A stretch of DNA of 64,000 nucleotides from Gammaproteobacteria bacterium (GCA_003331625.1 QOPF01000007.1:3559-67558), one strand, 5' to 3'; counted from the first letter of the stretch, positions 51,455-62,414 are shown. Notes: generated from the sequence alone by a model not told the origin. Translations and numbers: made by a program.

Positions 51455-51748
51455 ATGAAATTTAATCCATTAGGAGATAAACTTCTAGTAAGAAGAAGTG
51501 AAGAAGAAGAAACAACTGCTGGCGGTATAGTTTTACCCGGTTCTGCAGCTGAAAAGCCTTCTCAAGGTGAAGTTTTAGCTATTGGTCCAGGCAGAGTTCT
51601 TGATTCTGGTGAAAAAGTAGAAATCCCAGTAGGCGTAGGAGATACAATCGTTTTCGGCCAATATGCAGGAAGCAATACAATTAAAGTTGATGGTGAAGAA
51701 TTATTAATTTTAAGTGAAAGCGATCTTCTCGGTACAGTTTCTAAATAA
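51455..51748 (+). CDS. groES: Co-chaperonin GroES
   Basis: [25 protein letters not shown] mobile loop. 97 aa. Confidence 0.98.
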   Translation: MKFNPLGDKLLVRRSEEEETTAGGIVLPGSAAEKPSQGEVLAIGPGRVLDSGEKVEIPVGVGDTIVFGQYAGSNTIKVDGEELLILSESDLLGTVSK

Positions 51749-51783
51749 TAATTATTAAAATTTTAAAAATAAGAGGTATATAA

Positions 51784-53427
<1,644 letters not shown>

Positions 53428-53444
53428 TCATCAAATAAACTTAT

Positions 53445-53475
53445 AAAAAAAGGGGCATAAAGCCCCTTTTTTTTT
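53445..53475 (+). terminator. Rho-independent terminator after groEL
   Basis: aaaaaaaGGGGCataaaGCCCCttttttttt: a GC stem flanked by an A-run and a 9-T run. It could act in both directions. Confidence 0.85.
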
Positions 53476-53518
53476 ATTTATAACTTATACTCTATTTTTT
53501 AAATTAATAAAAAAATAT

Positions 53519-53671
53519 ATGAAAAATTATCTTATTCTTTTGCTCTTACCCAATGTTGCACTCTCTCATACTGGAAATACTATTTTTCACTTCCATATTG
53601 AAGGACTATTAGTTTTATTGTTTTCTTTGGCTGTAATTGCAAAGCTACTTTGGAGAAAAAAAATCAAATGA
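53519..53671 (+). CDS. Unannotated 50-aa ORF: signal peptide, His-rich N-terminus and a single TM (possible metal-handling partner of NiSOD)
   Basis: My own translation: MKNYLILLLLPNVALSHTGNTIFHFHIEGLLVLLFSLAVIAKLLWRKKIK. The stop TGA (53669-53671) overlaps the sodN ATG (53668-53670) as ATGA. It fills an otherwise unusually long gap in this compact genome. No clear SD. Confidence 0.4.
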   Translation: MKNYLILLLLPNVALSHTGNTIFHFHIEGLLVLLFSLAVIAKLLWRKKIK

Positions 53672-54126
53672 AAATTAACGAAGTTCTAGCTCATTGCGAT
53701 ATTCCCTGTAAAATTTATGACCCAATTGTTATTCAAATTGCTGCTCTTACAGTTGTGAGAATTATAGATATCATTGAAGAAAAAAACCTTGATACATCTA
53801 AAATAGATGATTCTGCAGAACTTGCTAGGCTTATAAATGAAAAAGAAAATCAAGCAAAAATAGTTAAAGACGAGACTCGTATCATTTGGGGAGACTATTT
53901 TAAAGACCCTCAAATTGAAGCAAATCCAAACGTTCATAGCCTTGTCCATTCAATTATGATGCAAGGTTCAAAATGTAAACAAGGTTTAGATAGAAAAAAT
54001 GCTGAGACATTAGTTGACTTGGTTAATGAATTTAGCGAAATATTCTGGAGCACTAAAGACGTTCCTACAAAACGAGTTACGGCTCCTTATCCTCCAGCTT
54101 TGGAGATGGTTGTACCAAATATTTAG
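53668..54126 (+). CDS. sodN: Nickel superoxide dismutase precursor
   Basis: Short leader MKINEVLA followed by the Ni-hook HCDIPCKIYDP (Streptomyces has HCDLPCGVYDP). GGAG lies 12 nt upstream of the ATG. The track TTG at 53650 is an alternative start. Confidence 0.88.
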   Translation: MKINEVLAHCDIPCKIYDPIVIQIAALTVVRIIDIIEEKNLDTSKIDDSAELARLINEKENQAKIVKDETRIIWGDYFKDPQIEANPNVHSLVHSIMMQGSKCKQGLDRKNAETLVDLVNEFSEIFWSTKDVPTKRVTAPYPPALEMVVPNI

Positions 54127-54396
54127 ATGCTTAAGCCCTTAAAGGTTAGTGGCAATAGCATGTCACCAACTATCAAAGACGGTGACTTTCTGACTATATC
54201 TACGTGTGATGACTACAAGGTTAACGATATAGTTGTTCTTGATTTACCAGAACTTGGCTTAATTGTTAAAAGAATTAAATTAAAAGAATACAATTCTGTC
54301 AGGGTAATTGGAGATAACCCATTATTAGAATCTTCTGCTTGTGATCAGATGCATCCTCTAAAAAATATCGTGGGTAAGGTAACTAAAGTAAATTAA
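54127..54396 (+). CDS. sodX: NiSOD maturation peptidase SodX (S24/S26 Ser-Lys peptidase)
   Basis: VSGNSMSPTIKDGD (catalytic Ser) and IVKRI (Lys). 89 aa, immediately after sodN. Confidence 0.82.
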   Translation: MLKPLKVSGNSMSPTIKDGDFLTISTCDDYKVNDIVVLDLPELGLIVKRIKLKEYNSVRVIGDNPLLESSACDQMHPLKNIVGKVTKVN

Positions 54397-54397
54397 A

Positions 54398-54787
54398 TCA
54401 CTTATTTTTTCTTGCGAAAATAAATGACTTTACACACAAGTATGTAAATAAAACACCAGTAGCTAAAAGCATAATTTTTGATAAGTCTGCCCAAAAATTA
54501 GCAAAAGGGTTTGCCAAGCTTCTAAAAATATCTGCACCACCTAGCGCAATGATTAATCCAAAAATTACAACTATGTGCATAAATAATTTTTTTCTTTCTG
54601 GAAACTTTAGTGTTAAAAATCCAAATGTCAGTATTGGAATACCTAAGATAGATGGAATGAAAGAAGTAAAAGAATTACTTTGAGATAGCAAAGACACTAC
54701 AAAGCCCCAAGCTATTAGAAAGATTCCATAATAAATGGAGATTTTTTCCATTTCCAGGCCCATAAAAGTAAATTCTTTTTTTTCCAT
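54398..54787 (-). CDS. Small 4-TM membrane protein of unknown function
   Basis: Four hydrophobic segments and no recognisable motif. The likely start is the internal Met at 54751 (MEKISIYYGIFLIAWG). Confidence 0.5.
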   Translation of the reverse strand: MEKKEFTFMGLEMEKISIYYGIFLIAWGFVVSLLSQSNSFTSFIPSILGIPILTFGFLTLKFPERKKLFMHIVVIFGLIIALGGADIFRSLANPFANFWADLSKIMLLATGVLFTYLCVKSFIFARKNK

Positions 54788-54854
54788 AATATTACTTAAT
54801 TTTCTTAAAAATTCTCTATTCTTATTGATATATTACATAGTAAATGGAGATGAA

Positions 54855-55532
54855 ATGGAAATATATTTATACAATGTTTTGGTTAGATGGGGCCATGTAG
54901 TTGTTGGAATTGCATGGATAGGACTGCTTTACTACTTCAATTTTGTTCAGTCTGAATATGTAAAAGTAGCCGATGCGGAAGCAAAGGCAGATGTTATGAA
55001 AAAATTAGTTCCAAATGCTCTTTGGTGGTTTAGATGGGCAGCTTTTCTAACTTTTTTAACAGGTCTTTACCTCCTTTACGTTCAAGAAAGAGCAATTACC
55101 ACTGATATAACATTGGGAGCATTAATGGGAACAATCATGATGTTAAATGTTTGGGGAATAATTTGGCGAAATCAAAAAATAGTAATTGGCTTAAAAGAAG
55201 GCGATACAGTAAATGCAGCGGCAAAAGCTAGTTTGGCTTCAAGAACGAATACCTTGTTTTCTTTACCCATGCTTTACTTTATGATTTCTTCGGCTCATGG
55301 AGGAACTGCTGCCTATCCAAAATCATATCTTTTAATTGATCAGTCTCTTGCTAGTGGGCCTGTAGCAGGTTATCTTGCATTAGATTTTTGGATTGTGGTT
55401 GCAGCTATTCTTTTAATAGAACTAAATGCAATTTTTGGGAGGATGTATTCTGTCATCGCATCAGTTAGAAGCGTAATTACATCTAGTTTTGCTTTAACGG
55501 TAATTTTTTCAGGTTTAGTTTTTTATATTTAA
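54855..55532 (+). CDS. Integral membrane protein with PuuD-N-terminal/HemJ-like conserved His in TM1 (function unknown)
   Basis: RWGHVVVGIAWIGLLYYFNF resembles the W-x-H-(x)3-G-I-x-W-I-G-x-x-F-Y-F motif of urate hydroxylase PuuD membrane domains and HemJ. The start is set at the ATG at 54855, preceded by GGAG. The track start at 54735 overlaps the divergent gene. Confidence 0.45.
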   Translation: MEIYLYNVLVRWGHVVVGIAWIGLLYYFNFVQSEYVKVADAEAKADVMKKLVPNALWWFRWAAFLTFLTGLYLLYVQERAITTDITLGALMGTIMMLNVWGIIWRNQKIVIGLKEGDTVNAAAKASLASRTNTLFSLPMLYFMISSAHGGTAAYPKSYLLIDQSLASGPVAGYLALDFWIVVAAILLIELNAIFGRMYSVIASVRSVITSSFALTVIFSGLVFYI

Positions 55533-55533
55533 G

Positions 55534-56811
55534 TTATTCATTTTCGAGCTCTTCCTCTTTTTCAAGACGAACAACTTTTGCAATTTTTATCATATTATTT
55601 CTGATTAATACGGTTTCAATGAGATAGTTTTCAATTTCTAGCTTTACATTGGTATCTGGAATAGTCTCTATTTTATCAATGATTAATCCATTCAAAGTTT
55701 TTGCACCATTTATGGGTAATTCCCAATTGAGTTTTTTATTAAGCTCTCTTAAGGGCACCGAAGCATCAATTAAGTAACTTCCATCTTTTTGTTCCATTAT
55801 TTCAACACTTTCTTTATCGATTTCAGTTGCTAGTTCCCCAACAATTTCTTCTAGTACATCTTTAATGGAAACTATGCCTTTCACAGTTCCATATTCATCA
55901 ATAACTACAGCAACGGTTTTCTTATTATTTTGAAAATTAAACAGTTGCGTACTTAAAGGGGTATTTTCAGGTGTGAAATATGCTTCATCCAATGAATCAA
56001 TCAAACTTTCAATTGATTTGTCTTCATTTGATAAAAAAGAGGTTATCCCATATAAATCAATGATACCTCTTAGCTCATCAAGTGATTCATCAAAAACAGG
56101 TAAAAAATCTTTTTGGTTATTTTGAAGATTGATTAGTATTTTTTCAATTGGCTCTTTGATATCTATTCCTAAAATTTCACTTCTTTGGGTCATAACTTCA
56201 TCAACTGAAATTTTATCTAATTCTAGGATGCTCAAAAGCATGTCTTGGTATTTCTGGGGAATTAACTCACCAGAATTTTCTAGAACACTTTTTAATTCTT
56301 CAGTCGACAAATCTTCGTTAAGTGTTGTTTCTCTCGTTCCTAATAACTTCATGAAGAAGTTAGTAAAATAGTTAACAAAAACCACCAAAGGTCTTAGAAG
56401 TTTTTGAAGATATTTCAAAATTAAAGATGCTGGCAAAGCTACCTTTTCTGAATTCAAAGCAGCAAAAGTTTTTGGTGTAATTTCTGCAAAGACTAATATG
56501 ATCATTGTCAGAACAATCGATCCTATGACTACTCCTTTGTCACCAAAAAGGTTAAGACAAAGCACTGTAGTTAAAGAAGCAGCGAGAATGTTTACAAAGT
56601 TATTTCCAATTAAAATTACTCCTAACAATCTATCTGGTCTTTTCAATAATTTATCAGCTCTAATAGCAGCTTTATTATTTTCTTTTACAAGATGTTTTAG
56701 TCGGTATCTATTTAAAGACATCATTGCTGTTTCCACTCCAGAAAAGAAAGCGGAAAGAAAAAGTAGAAAAATGATGCTAGAAAACAGCATCCAGGGGTTT
56801 ACGTCAGCCAA
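55534..56811 (-). CDS. CNNM/CorB-type transporter (DUF21 TM domain, CBS pair and CorC_HlyC domain)
   Basis: N-terminal 4-TM DUF21 (SAFFSGVETAMMSLN), a CBS pair (VMTQRSEI, VAVVIDEYGTVKGIVSIKDVLEEIVGE) and a C-terminal CorC domain. Confidence 0.88.
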   Translation of the reverse strand: MADVNPWMLFSSIIFLLFLSAFFSGVETAMMSLNRYRLKHLVKENNKAAIRADKLLKRPDRLLGVILIGNNFVNILAASLTTVLCLNLFGDKGVVIGSIVLTMIILVFAEITPKTFAALNSEKVALPASLILKYLQKLLRPLVVFVNYFTNFFMKLLGTRETTLNEDLSTEELKSVLENSGELIPQKYQDMLLSILELDKISVDEVMTQRSEILGIDIKEPIEKILINLQNNQKDFLPVFDESLDELRGIIDLYGITSFLSNEDKSIESLIDSLDEAYFTPENTPLSTQLFNFQNNKKTVAVVIDEYGTVKGIVSIKDVLEEIVGELATEIDKESVEIMEQKDGSYLIDASVPLRELNKKLNWELPINGAKTLNGLIIDKIETIPDTNVKLEIENYLIETVLIRNNMIKIAKVVRLEKEEELENE

Positions 56812-56866
56812 TTTCGTAAATTATAGTCAATTAATTGCATTTTGCAGCAATTATAGAATGTTTTAC

Positions 56867-56894
56867 TTGAATACAAAATTAAATTACTTAGAAT
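56867..56894 (+). promoter_or_regulatory. Candidate sigma-70 promoter of the rpsP operon
   Basis: TTGAAT, a 16-nt spacer, then TAGAAT. The -10 element ends 19 nt before the rpsP ATG. Promoter calls in AT-rich DNA are unreliable. Confidence 0.35.
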
Positions 56895-56913
56895 ACGCAT
56901 CTTAAAGATATTT

Positions 56914-57957
56914 ATGGTAACAATTAGACTAGCAAGAGGAGGCGCAAAAAAGCGTCCTTATTTTCACATTACTGTAGCGGACTCCAGAAGAGCGCGAGAC
57001 GGAAAATATATCGAAAGAGTAGGTTTTTTTAATCCTATAGCTTCAGCACAAGATGATCGAATTAAAATAGATCATGAAAGACTTGATTATTGGATTAGCA
57101 AGGGAGCTAAAATCACTGACCGAGTCAAAAATATCATAAAACAATCTAAATTCTCTCCTGAAGAATACAAACAACTTGTAGCAACAAAAGAAAAGCTGAG
57201 ATTAGCTGCTTTAGAAAAGAAAAAAAGTTCAGGAGCCTCTGAAGAACAAGAAAGTGTTGCGCAGGAAAAATCAGAGAATACAGAACAAAAAAGTACCGAT
57301 GAAAATAATCAATCAAAAGAGGATGACTCGATGGAAAAAACAGAAGATATTATCGATAAGGTAGCTGAAGGTACAAAAGAAGTGGCTGAGGAAGCTACTG
57401 AAGCAGCAACAGACGTTGCTGAAGGTGCAGTAGAAGTTGCTGAAGATGTAGTTGAAACTGCAGTAGATGTTGCTGAAGATGCTGCAGAAGCAGTTAAAGA
57501 CGTTGCTGAAGGCGCAGTAGAAGTTGCTGAAGATGTAGTTGAAACTGCAGTAGATGTTGCTGAAGATGCTGCAGAAGCGGTAAAAGATGTTGCCGAAGGA
57601 ACTGCAGATGTCGCTGAAGATGTAGTTGAAACTGCAGTAGATGTTGCTGAAGATGCAGTAGAAGCAGTTAAAGACGTCGCTGAAGGTGCTGAAGAAGTTG
57701 TTGAAGATGTAATTGGTACAGCTAAAGAAGTTGCTGAAGACATATCCGAGGGAGATGCAGTAGAAGCAGTTAAAGACGTTGCTGAAGGCGCAGTAGAAGT
57801 TGCTGAAGATGTAGTTGAAACTGCAGTAGATGTTGCTGAAGATGCAGTAGAAGCAGTTAAAGACGTTGCTGAAGGCGCAGCTGACGCAGTTGGTGATGCC
57901 ATAGATGCTGTGAAAGATGCTTTCACTTCAGATGATTCTAAAGACGAAGAAAAATAA
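56914..57957 (+). CDS. rpsP: 30S ribosomal protein S16 with a roughly 265-aa acidic repeat-containing C-terminal extension
   Basis: The first 80 aa or so are canonical S16 ([38 protein letters not shown]). The same frame continues without a stop through a K/E-rich linker and repeats of [29 protein letters not shown]. Confidence 0.9.
   Translation: MVTIRLARGGAKKRPYFHITVADSRRARDGKYIERVGFFNPIASAQDDRIKIDHERLDYWISKGAKITDRVKNIIKQSKFSPEEYKQLVATKEKLRLAALEKKKSSGASEEQESVAQEKSENTEQKSTDENNQSKEDDSMEKTEDIIDKVAEGTKEVAEEATEAATDVAEGAVEVAEDVVETAVDVAEDAAEAVKDVAEGAVEVAEDVVETAVDVAEDAAEAVKDVAEGTADVAEDVVETAVDVAEDAVEAVKDVAEGAEEVVEDVIGTAKEVAEDISEGDAVEAVKDVAEGAVEVAEDVVETAVDVAEDAVEAVKDVAEGAADAVGDAIDAVKDAFTSDDSKDEEK
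57412..57900 (+). repeat. In-frame tandem array: 87-nt (29-codon) unit, four near-identical copies, one divergent 102-nt copy and a partial copy
   Basis: Unit boundaries read directly: 57412-57498, 57499-57585, 57586-57672, 57673-57774 (variant), 57775-57861, 57862-57900 (partial). Copies differ by only a few nucleotides. Confidence 0.95.
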
Positions 57958-57970
57958 GTAACTTATTAAA

Positions 57971-58480
57971 ATGACCTATCAAGATGATGAATTCATTTTG
58001 GTGGGCAATCTCGGCCGCCCAATTGGGTTGAAGGGAAGTCTAAAACTTAATTCTTTCACAAGGCCTGTAGACAATATAAAGAAGTATTCATCTTTTTTCT
58101 TTAAAAAAGAAGATTCTTTCGTAAGTCTTGATCTCGCAAAGATAACAAAATCTGGTAAAAATTTAATTATTTTTATCAAAGATTGCGGCTCTTTAGAGAT
58201 GGCAGAATCAATTTACAAAGGAAAAGAAATTTATATTTTAAGATCTGATATTCCAAGACAAAAAAATAAGTTTTTCTGGAATGATTTGATAGGTTTAGAG
58301 GTCATAATTAAATCATCTCAAAAATCTTTAGGCCATGTGGACTCTCTAATGGAAACGGGATCAAACGATGTCTTAGTTATAAAAAAATCAGGAAAGGAGG
58401 ATATTTTAATCCCTTTTATAATGAATCAAGTAGTAATCGAAGTCACGGAAAAATCTATATTCATAGACTGGGAAGAGTAA
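57971..58480 (+). CDS. rimM: 16S rRNA processing protein RimM
   Basis: VGNLGRPIGLKGSLKL N-terminal beta-barrel and a PRC-barrel C-terminus. Conserved rpsP-rimM-trmD-rplS order. Confidence 0.92.
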   Translation: MTYQDDEFILVGNLGRPIGLKGSLKLNSFTRPVDNIKKYSSFFFKKEDSFVSLDLAKITKSGKNLIIFIKDCGSLEMAESIYKGKEIYILRSDIPRQKNKFFWNDLIGLEVIIKSSQKSLGHVDSLMETGSNDVLVIKKSGKEDILIPFIMNQVVIEVTEKSIFIDWEE

Positions 58481-59218
58481 ATGAACTTCCTATTTCTTAC
58501 ACTTTTTCCAGAAATCATTAAATCTACTTTAAACGAAAGCATTTTAAAAAAAGCCTTAGATAAATCTCTAATAAGTTTTAAAACATTTGATCCAAAAGAT
58601 TATTTAGACGCCAAGGAAAGAGTTGACGATAAAGTATATGGAGGCGGTCCCGGAATGCTTCTCAAGCCAGAACCCCTCATGAGAGCAATAGACGATATTT
58701 TTAGCTCTATAAAAAAAAGCAAGACTAAAACAATTTATCTTTCTCCAAAGGGCAAGCCTTTCAATCAAAAGAAAGCAGTTAGCCTATCTAAAGAAGAAAA
58801 TATTTTATTCATCTGTGGAAGATACGAAGGTATAGATCAAAGAATAATTGATCATTATGTTGATGAAGAGATTAGCATCGGTGACTATGTCCTTTCAGGT
58901 GGAGAACTTCCTGCTTTGGTTGTTTGTGATGCAATTACTAGAAACATTAAAGGAGTACTGGGAGATGAAGAATCTCTAGCTCAAGAATCATTTTCAGAAG
59001 GATTGCTTGAATACCCTCAATATACAAGACCAGAAAAAACAATATTAGGCGATGTACCTAATGAACTGACATCAGGAAATCATGAATTAATTGCAAAATG
59101 GCGAAAAAAACAAATGTTAGGCTTAACAACTCTAATCCGAAAAGATTTGATAGATAAAATTGAGTTATCTTCAGAAGAAAGAAAGCTGGTAGAAGAATTT
59201 TTTGATGAACTTAATTAA
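58481..59218 (+). CDS. trmD: tRNA (guanine37-N1)-methyltransferase
   Basis: YGGGPGML, CGRYEGIDQR, GDYVLSGGELPA. Confidence 0.96.
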   Translation: MNFLFLTLFPEIIKSTLNESILKKALDKSLISFKTFDPKDYLDAKERVDDKVYGGGPGMLLKPEPLMRAIDDIFSSIKKSKTKTIYLSPKGKPFNQKKAVSLSKEENILFICGRYEGIDQRIIDHYVDEEISIGDYVLSGGELPALVVCDAITRNIKGVLGDEESLAQESFSEGLLEYPQYTRPEKTILGDVPNELTSGNHELIAKWRKKQMLGLTTLIRKDLIDKIELSSEERKLVEEFFDELN

Positions 59219-59260
59219 TAATCTGATAGAATTGCTTTCCTTTATAAGGACAATATACAA

Positions 59261-59614
59261 ATGAGTAGTAAAAGAACCGCTGTTCAAATAGTTGAATCAG
59301 CACAATTAAAAGCAGATGTTCCTGAGTTTAACCAGGGAGATACTATTTTAGTTGAGATTCTGGTTAAAGAAGGCGACAGAGAAAGAACTCAGCCATTTGA
59401 AGGAGTTGTAATCGGAATTAAAAATAGAGGGTTAAATTCTGCTTTCACAGTAAGAAAAATATCAAGTGGAGTAGGAGTAGAAAGAACTTTTCAAACTCAT
59501 AGCCCTTTAATCAAATCAATTAAAGTCAAAAGAAAAGGTAAAGTCAGACAGTCCAAACTTTATTATCTAAGAGAAAGATCTGGAAGGTCCGCAAGAATTA
59601 AAGAAAAAGTATAA
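59261..59614 (+). CDS. rplS: 50S ribosomal protein L19
   Basis: [35 protein letters not shown]. Confidence 0.96.
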   Translation: MSSKRTAVQIVESAQLKADVPEFNQGDTILVEILVKEGDRERTQPFEGVVIGIKNRGLNSAFTVRKISSGVGVERTFQTHSPLIKSIKVKRKGKVRQSKLYYLRERSGRSARIKEKV

Positions 59615-59621
59615 TCACATT

Positions 59622-60521
59622 ATGAGTGATTCCGATAGGCAAGACCTGGATGCCTTTATTGATAATATTTGGATAGAAAAAGGCCTCAGCCAAAATACAC
59701 TTGATTCTTACCGAAGCGATTTAGAGCAGTTTACAGGCTGGCTTAATCAAAAAAAGTTAACCTACAAAGATTCTTCAAAAAAAGAAATTCTTTCATATTT
59801 ATCATTTCTTTTTCAAAGAGGCCTGGGCAGTAAAACAGTTGCCAGAAAACTTTCTTCATTAAAGTCTTTTTTTCGTTATTTAGTTTTTAAGTCAATAATT
59901 TCAATAGACCCTACTAGTGAAGTGGATACTCCTAAGCTTCTTAAATCTATTCCTAAATCTATTTCAGAAACAGAGGTTGAAGCTTTACTTGCATCTCCTG
60001 ACATTAAAAGTGATATTGGTTTAAGAGATAAAACCATGATTGAAACTCTTTATTCATGTGGTTTGAGAATATCAGAGTTGATCAATCTTGAATTATTAAA
60101 TTTAAATCTTCGCCAAGGAGTTATAAGGGTCATTGGAAAAGGACAGAAAGAAAGATTGGTTCCAATGGGGGATCAGCTGATGAATCTTTTAAGTCTCTAT
60201 ATGGAAACTTCTAGAAAAAACTTCTTAAATAAAAAACATTCAGATCATCTTTTTCTTTCTTCACGCGGACAAAAAATGACTCGCCAATCTTTTTGGCACC
60301 GAATCAAGCATTATTGTTTGGATTCTGGCTTTGAACCAGAAAAGATATCTCCTCATGTATTAAGACATGCTTTTGCTACTCACTTATTGAATAATGGAGC
60401 CGACTTGCGAGTTGTGCAATTGTTACTTGGTCACAGTGATTTAAACACTACGCAAATTTATACCGAGGTTGCTAGACAACGTTTAAAAAGACTTCATACT
60501 GAGCATCATCCAAGAGGTTAG
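59622..60521 (+). CDS. xerD: Tyrosine recombinase XerD (chromosome dimer resolution)
   Basis: FIDNIWIEKGLSQNTLDSYRSDL, GLRISEL, HVLRHAFATHLL, LGHSDLNTTQIYTEV. xerD-dsbC synteny. Confidence 0.9.
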   Translation: MSDSDRQDLDAFIDNIWIEKGLSQNTLDSYRSDLEQFTGWLNQKKLTYKDSSKKEILSYLSFLFQRGLGSKTVARKLSSLKSFFRYLVFKSIISIDPTSEVDTPKLLKSIPKSISETEVEALLASPDIKSDIGLRDKTMIETLYSCGLRISELINLELLNLNLRQGVIRVIGKGQKERLVPMGDQLMNLLSLYMETSRKNFLNKKHSDHLFLSSRGQKMTRQSFWHRIKHYCLDSGFEPEKISPHVLRHAFATHLLNNGADLRVVQLLLGHSDLNTTQIYTEVARQRLKRLHTEHHPRG

Positions 60522-60522
60522 A

Positions 60523-61233
60523 TTGTTTTACATAAAAATATTAATACTGCTTTTTTCCTTGAATTCATTTGTTTTAGAAAAAAATCAGATAAAAGAGAAG
60601 CTTAAAGAAATCATTCCAGATTTCATTGAAGTTACAAATATTGACGTTTCATTATCTGCTGAGTTCTATTCGGTTGAATTATCCGATGGTTCTCTTTTTT
60701 ATATTTCTTCGGATGGTAAATTTATTATTAATGGCGATCTTTATAAGATAGATCAAAAAAAACTAATTAATTTTTCAGAAATGAGAGATGCCAAAACAAG
60801 AAGAAAAAAAATTAGTGAACTAAATCGCGAAGAATTTATTATTTTTAAACCACAATTTATGAAAACTGAAATATTCGTATTTACTGATGTAGATTGTGGG
60901 TATTGCCGAAAATTACATTCTGAAATAGATAGCTACCTCCAAAGTGGAATTCAAGTTAACTATTTAGCTTATCCAAGAGAAGGCCTGGAAAGTGAGACTT
61001 TTAAAAAAATGAAAACTGCCTGGTGTTCTAAAGATCCTCAAACTAGTCTTTCTGATTTAAAACTCGGAAAGAAGATTGATAATATTAATTGTGATAATAA
61101 AATTGTTTCAAAGCACTACAATTTAGCTAAGGAGTTTGATGCCCGTGGAACTCCTACTATAATTCTTGAAAATGGTGCATTACTGGCTGGATATCATTCA
61201 GCGGAAGAAATTTTAGAGTTTTCTGATAGATAA
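60523..61233 (+). CDS. dsbC: Periplasmic thiol:disulfide isomerase DsbC
   Basis: Signal peptide, N-terminal dimerisation domain, thioredoxin fold with a CGYC active site and a second Cys pair. TTG start. Confidence 0.85.
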   Translation: MFYIKILILLFSLNSFVLEKNQIKEKLKEIIPDFIEVTNIDVSLSAEFYSVELSDGSLFYISSDGKFIINGDLYKIDQKKLINFSEMRDAKTRRKKISELNREEFIIFKPQFMKTEIFVFTDVDCGYCRKLHSEIDSYLQSGIQVNYLAYPREGLESETFKKMKTAWCSKDPQTSLSDLKLGKKIDNINCDNKIVSKHYNLAKEFDARGTPTIILENGALLAGYHSAEEILEFSDR

Positions 61234-61235
61234 AT

Positions 61236-62414
61236 ATGGATAAAAACTTTTCTGCAATTGATCGATTACCCCCTTATGTCTTTGAGGAAATTGGCTCTCT
61301 TAAAATGGCAGCTAGAAGAAGAGGAGAAGATATTATTGATTTTGGGATGGGTAATCCAGATGGCGCAACACCAAAGTTCATTGTCGATAAACTAAAAGAA
61401 GTCGTTGAACGACCAGATACACATCGTTACTCTCAATCCAAAGGTATTCCAAGATTGAGAAAGGCAATCACTGATTGGTATGCACGAAAATTCAACGTAA
61501 TTCTTGATGCTGAGGAAGAGGCTATTGTTACGCTTGGCTCAAAAGAAGGCTTGAGTCACTTGGCGATTGCAACTATGGACAAAGGAGATATCATCCTAGT
61601 CCCTAATCCAGCTTATCCTATTCATCCTTTTGGGTTCGTCATTGCAGGAGCAGAAATTCATCATGTACCAATTGGACCTGGGATAGACTTTTTTAAAAGT
61701 TTGAAAGATGCTATTAAGAATTCTAAGAGAAAACCTAAAATGCTTTTAATTAACTTTCCGAGTAATCCTACAACGAGTTGCGTAGATTTAGATTTTTTTA
61801 AAGAAGTGATAGCTATTGCAAAAGAACATAACATTTGGGTTATTCATGATTTAGCATATGCTGATCTTTGTTTTGACGGGTATGAAGCACCTTCAATTTT
61901 ACAAGTAGAAGGGGCAAAAGATATAGCCGTGGAATTTTATACTTTATCTAAGAGTTACAATATGCCCGGCTGGCGAATTGGTTTTTGTTGTGGAAATAAA
62001 GAACTAATTGCAGCTTTAGCAAGATTGAAATCATATTTTGATTATGGTCATTTCACTCCTATTCAAGTTGCTGGAATTGAAGCCTTGAATAACGGAGATG
62101 GTGAGGTAGAAAAAATACGTCAAACCTATAAATCTAGAAGAGATGTCTTATGCGACGGTTTGAATTCCTTTGGCTGGACAATAGAAAAACCAAAAGCAAC
62201 TATGTTTGTTTGGGCAAGAATCCCTGAGTCCTTCGAAATGAAATCTATGGAATTTTCTAGATTCCTTCTAGAAAAAGCTAAGGTAGCCGTATCACCTGGT
62301 CTAGGTTTTGGAGAATACGGTGATAATTTTGTTAGATTTTCATTAATTGAAAATGAACAAAGGACCAATCAAGCGGTCAGAGGTATAAAAAAAGCTTTTA
62401 AAGAGTATCTCTAA
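61236..62414 (+). CDS. Class I/II PLP-dependent aminotransferase (alanine/aspartate transaminase-like)
   Basis: [16 protein letters not shown]-type segment FPSNPTT, and the [16 protein letters not shown]-Lys motif. Confidence 0.85.
   Translation: MDKNFSAIDRLPPYVFEEIGSLKMAARRRGEDIIDFGMGNPDGATPKFIVDKLKEVVERPDTHRYSQSKGIPRLRKAITDWYARKFNVILDAEEEAIVTLGSKEGLSHLAIATMDKGDIILVPNPAYPIHPFGFVIAGAEIHHVPIGPGIDFFKSLKDAIKNSKRKPKMLLINFPSNPTTSCVDLDFFKEVIAIAKEHNIWVIHDLAYADLCFDGYEAPSILQVEGAKDIAVEFYTLSKSYNMPGWRIGFCCGNKELIAALARLKSYFDYGHFTPIQVAGIEALNNGDGEVEKIRQTYKSRRDVLCDGLNSFGWTIEKPKATMFVWARIPESFEMKSMEFSRFLLEKAKVAVSPGLGFGEYGDNFVRFSLIENEQRTNQAVRGIKKAFKEYL

Noticed and set aside
57412-57900. Regularly spaced 87-nt repeats considered as a possible CRISPR-like array.
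   Set aside because: The units are directly adjacent with no unique spacers. They are in frame inside a CDS and are far longer than CRISPR repeats. No cas genes are present in the window.
57309-57926. A 205-aa minus-strand ORF (Ser/Thr/Ala-rich repeats) antisense to the rpsP tail.
   Set aside because: It is the reverse-complement shadow of the GAA/GCT/GTT-rich tandem repeat, which lacks stops on both strands. The plus-strand frame is continuous with the canonical S16 domain, and the antisense ORF has no independent support.
59622-60521. A tyrosine recombinase considered as a marker of an integrated mobile element.
   Set aside because: Sequence motifs and the conserved rplS...xerD-dsbC-hom-thrC context identify it as the chromosomal dimer-resolution recombinase XerD. 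No att-like repeats or cargo genes flank it.
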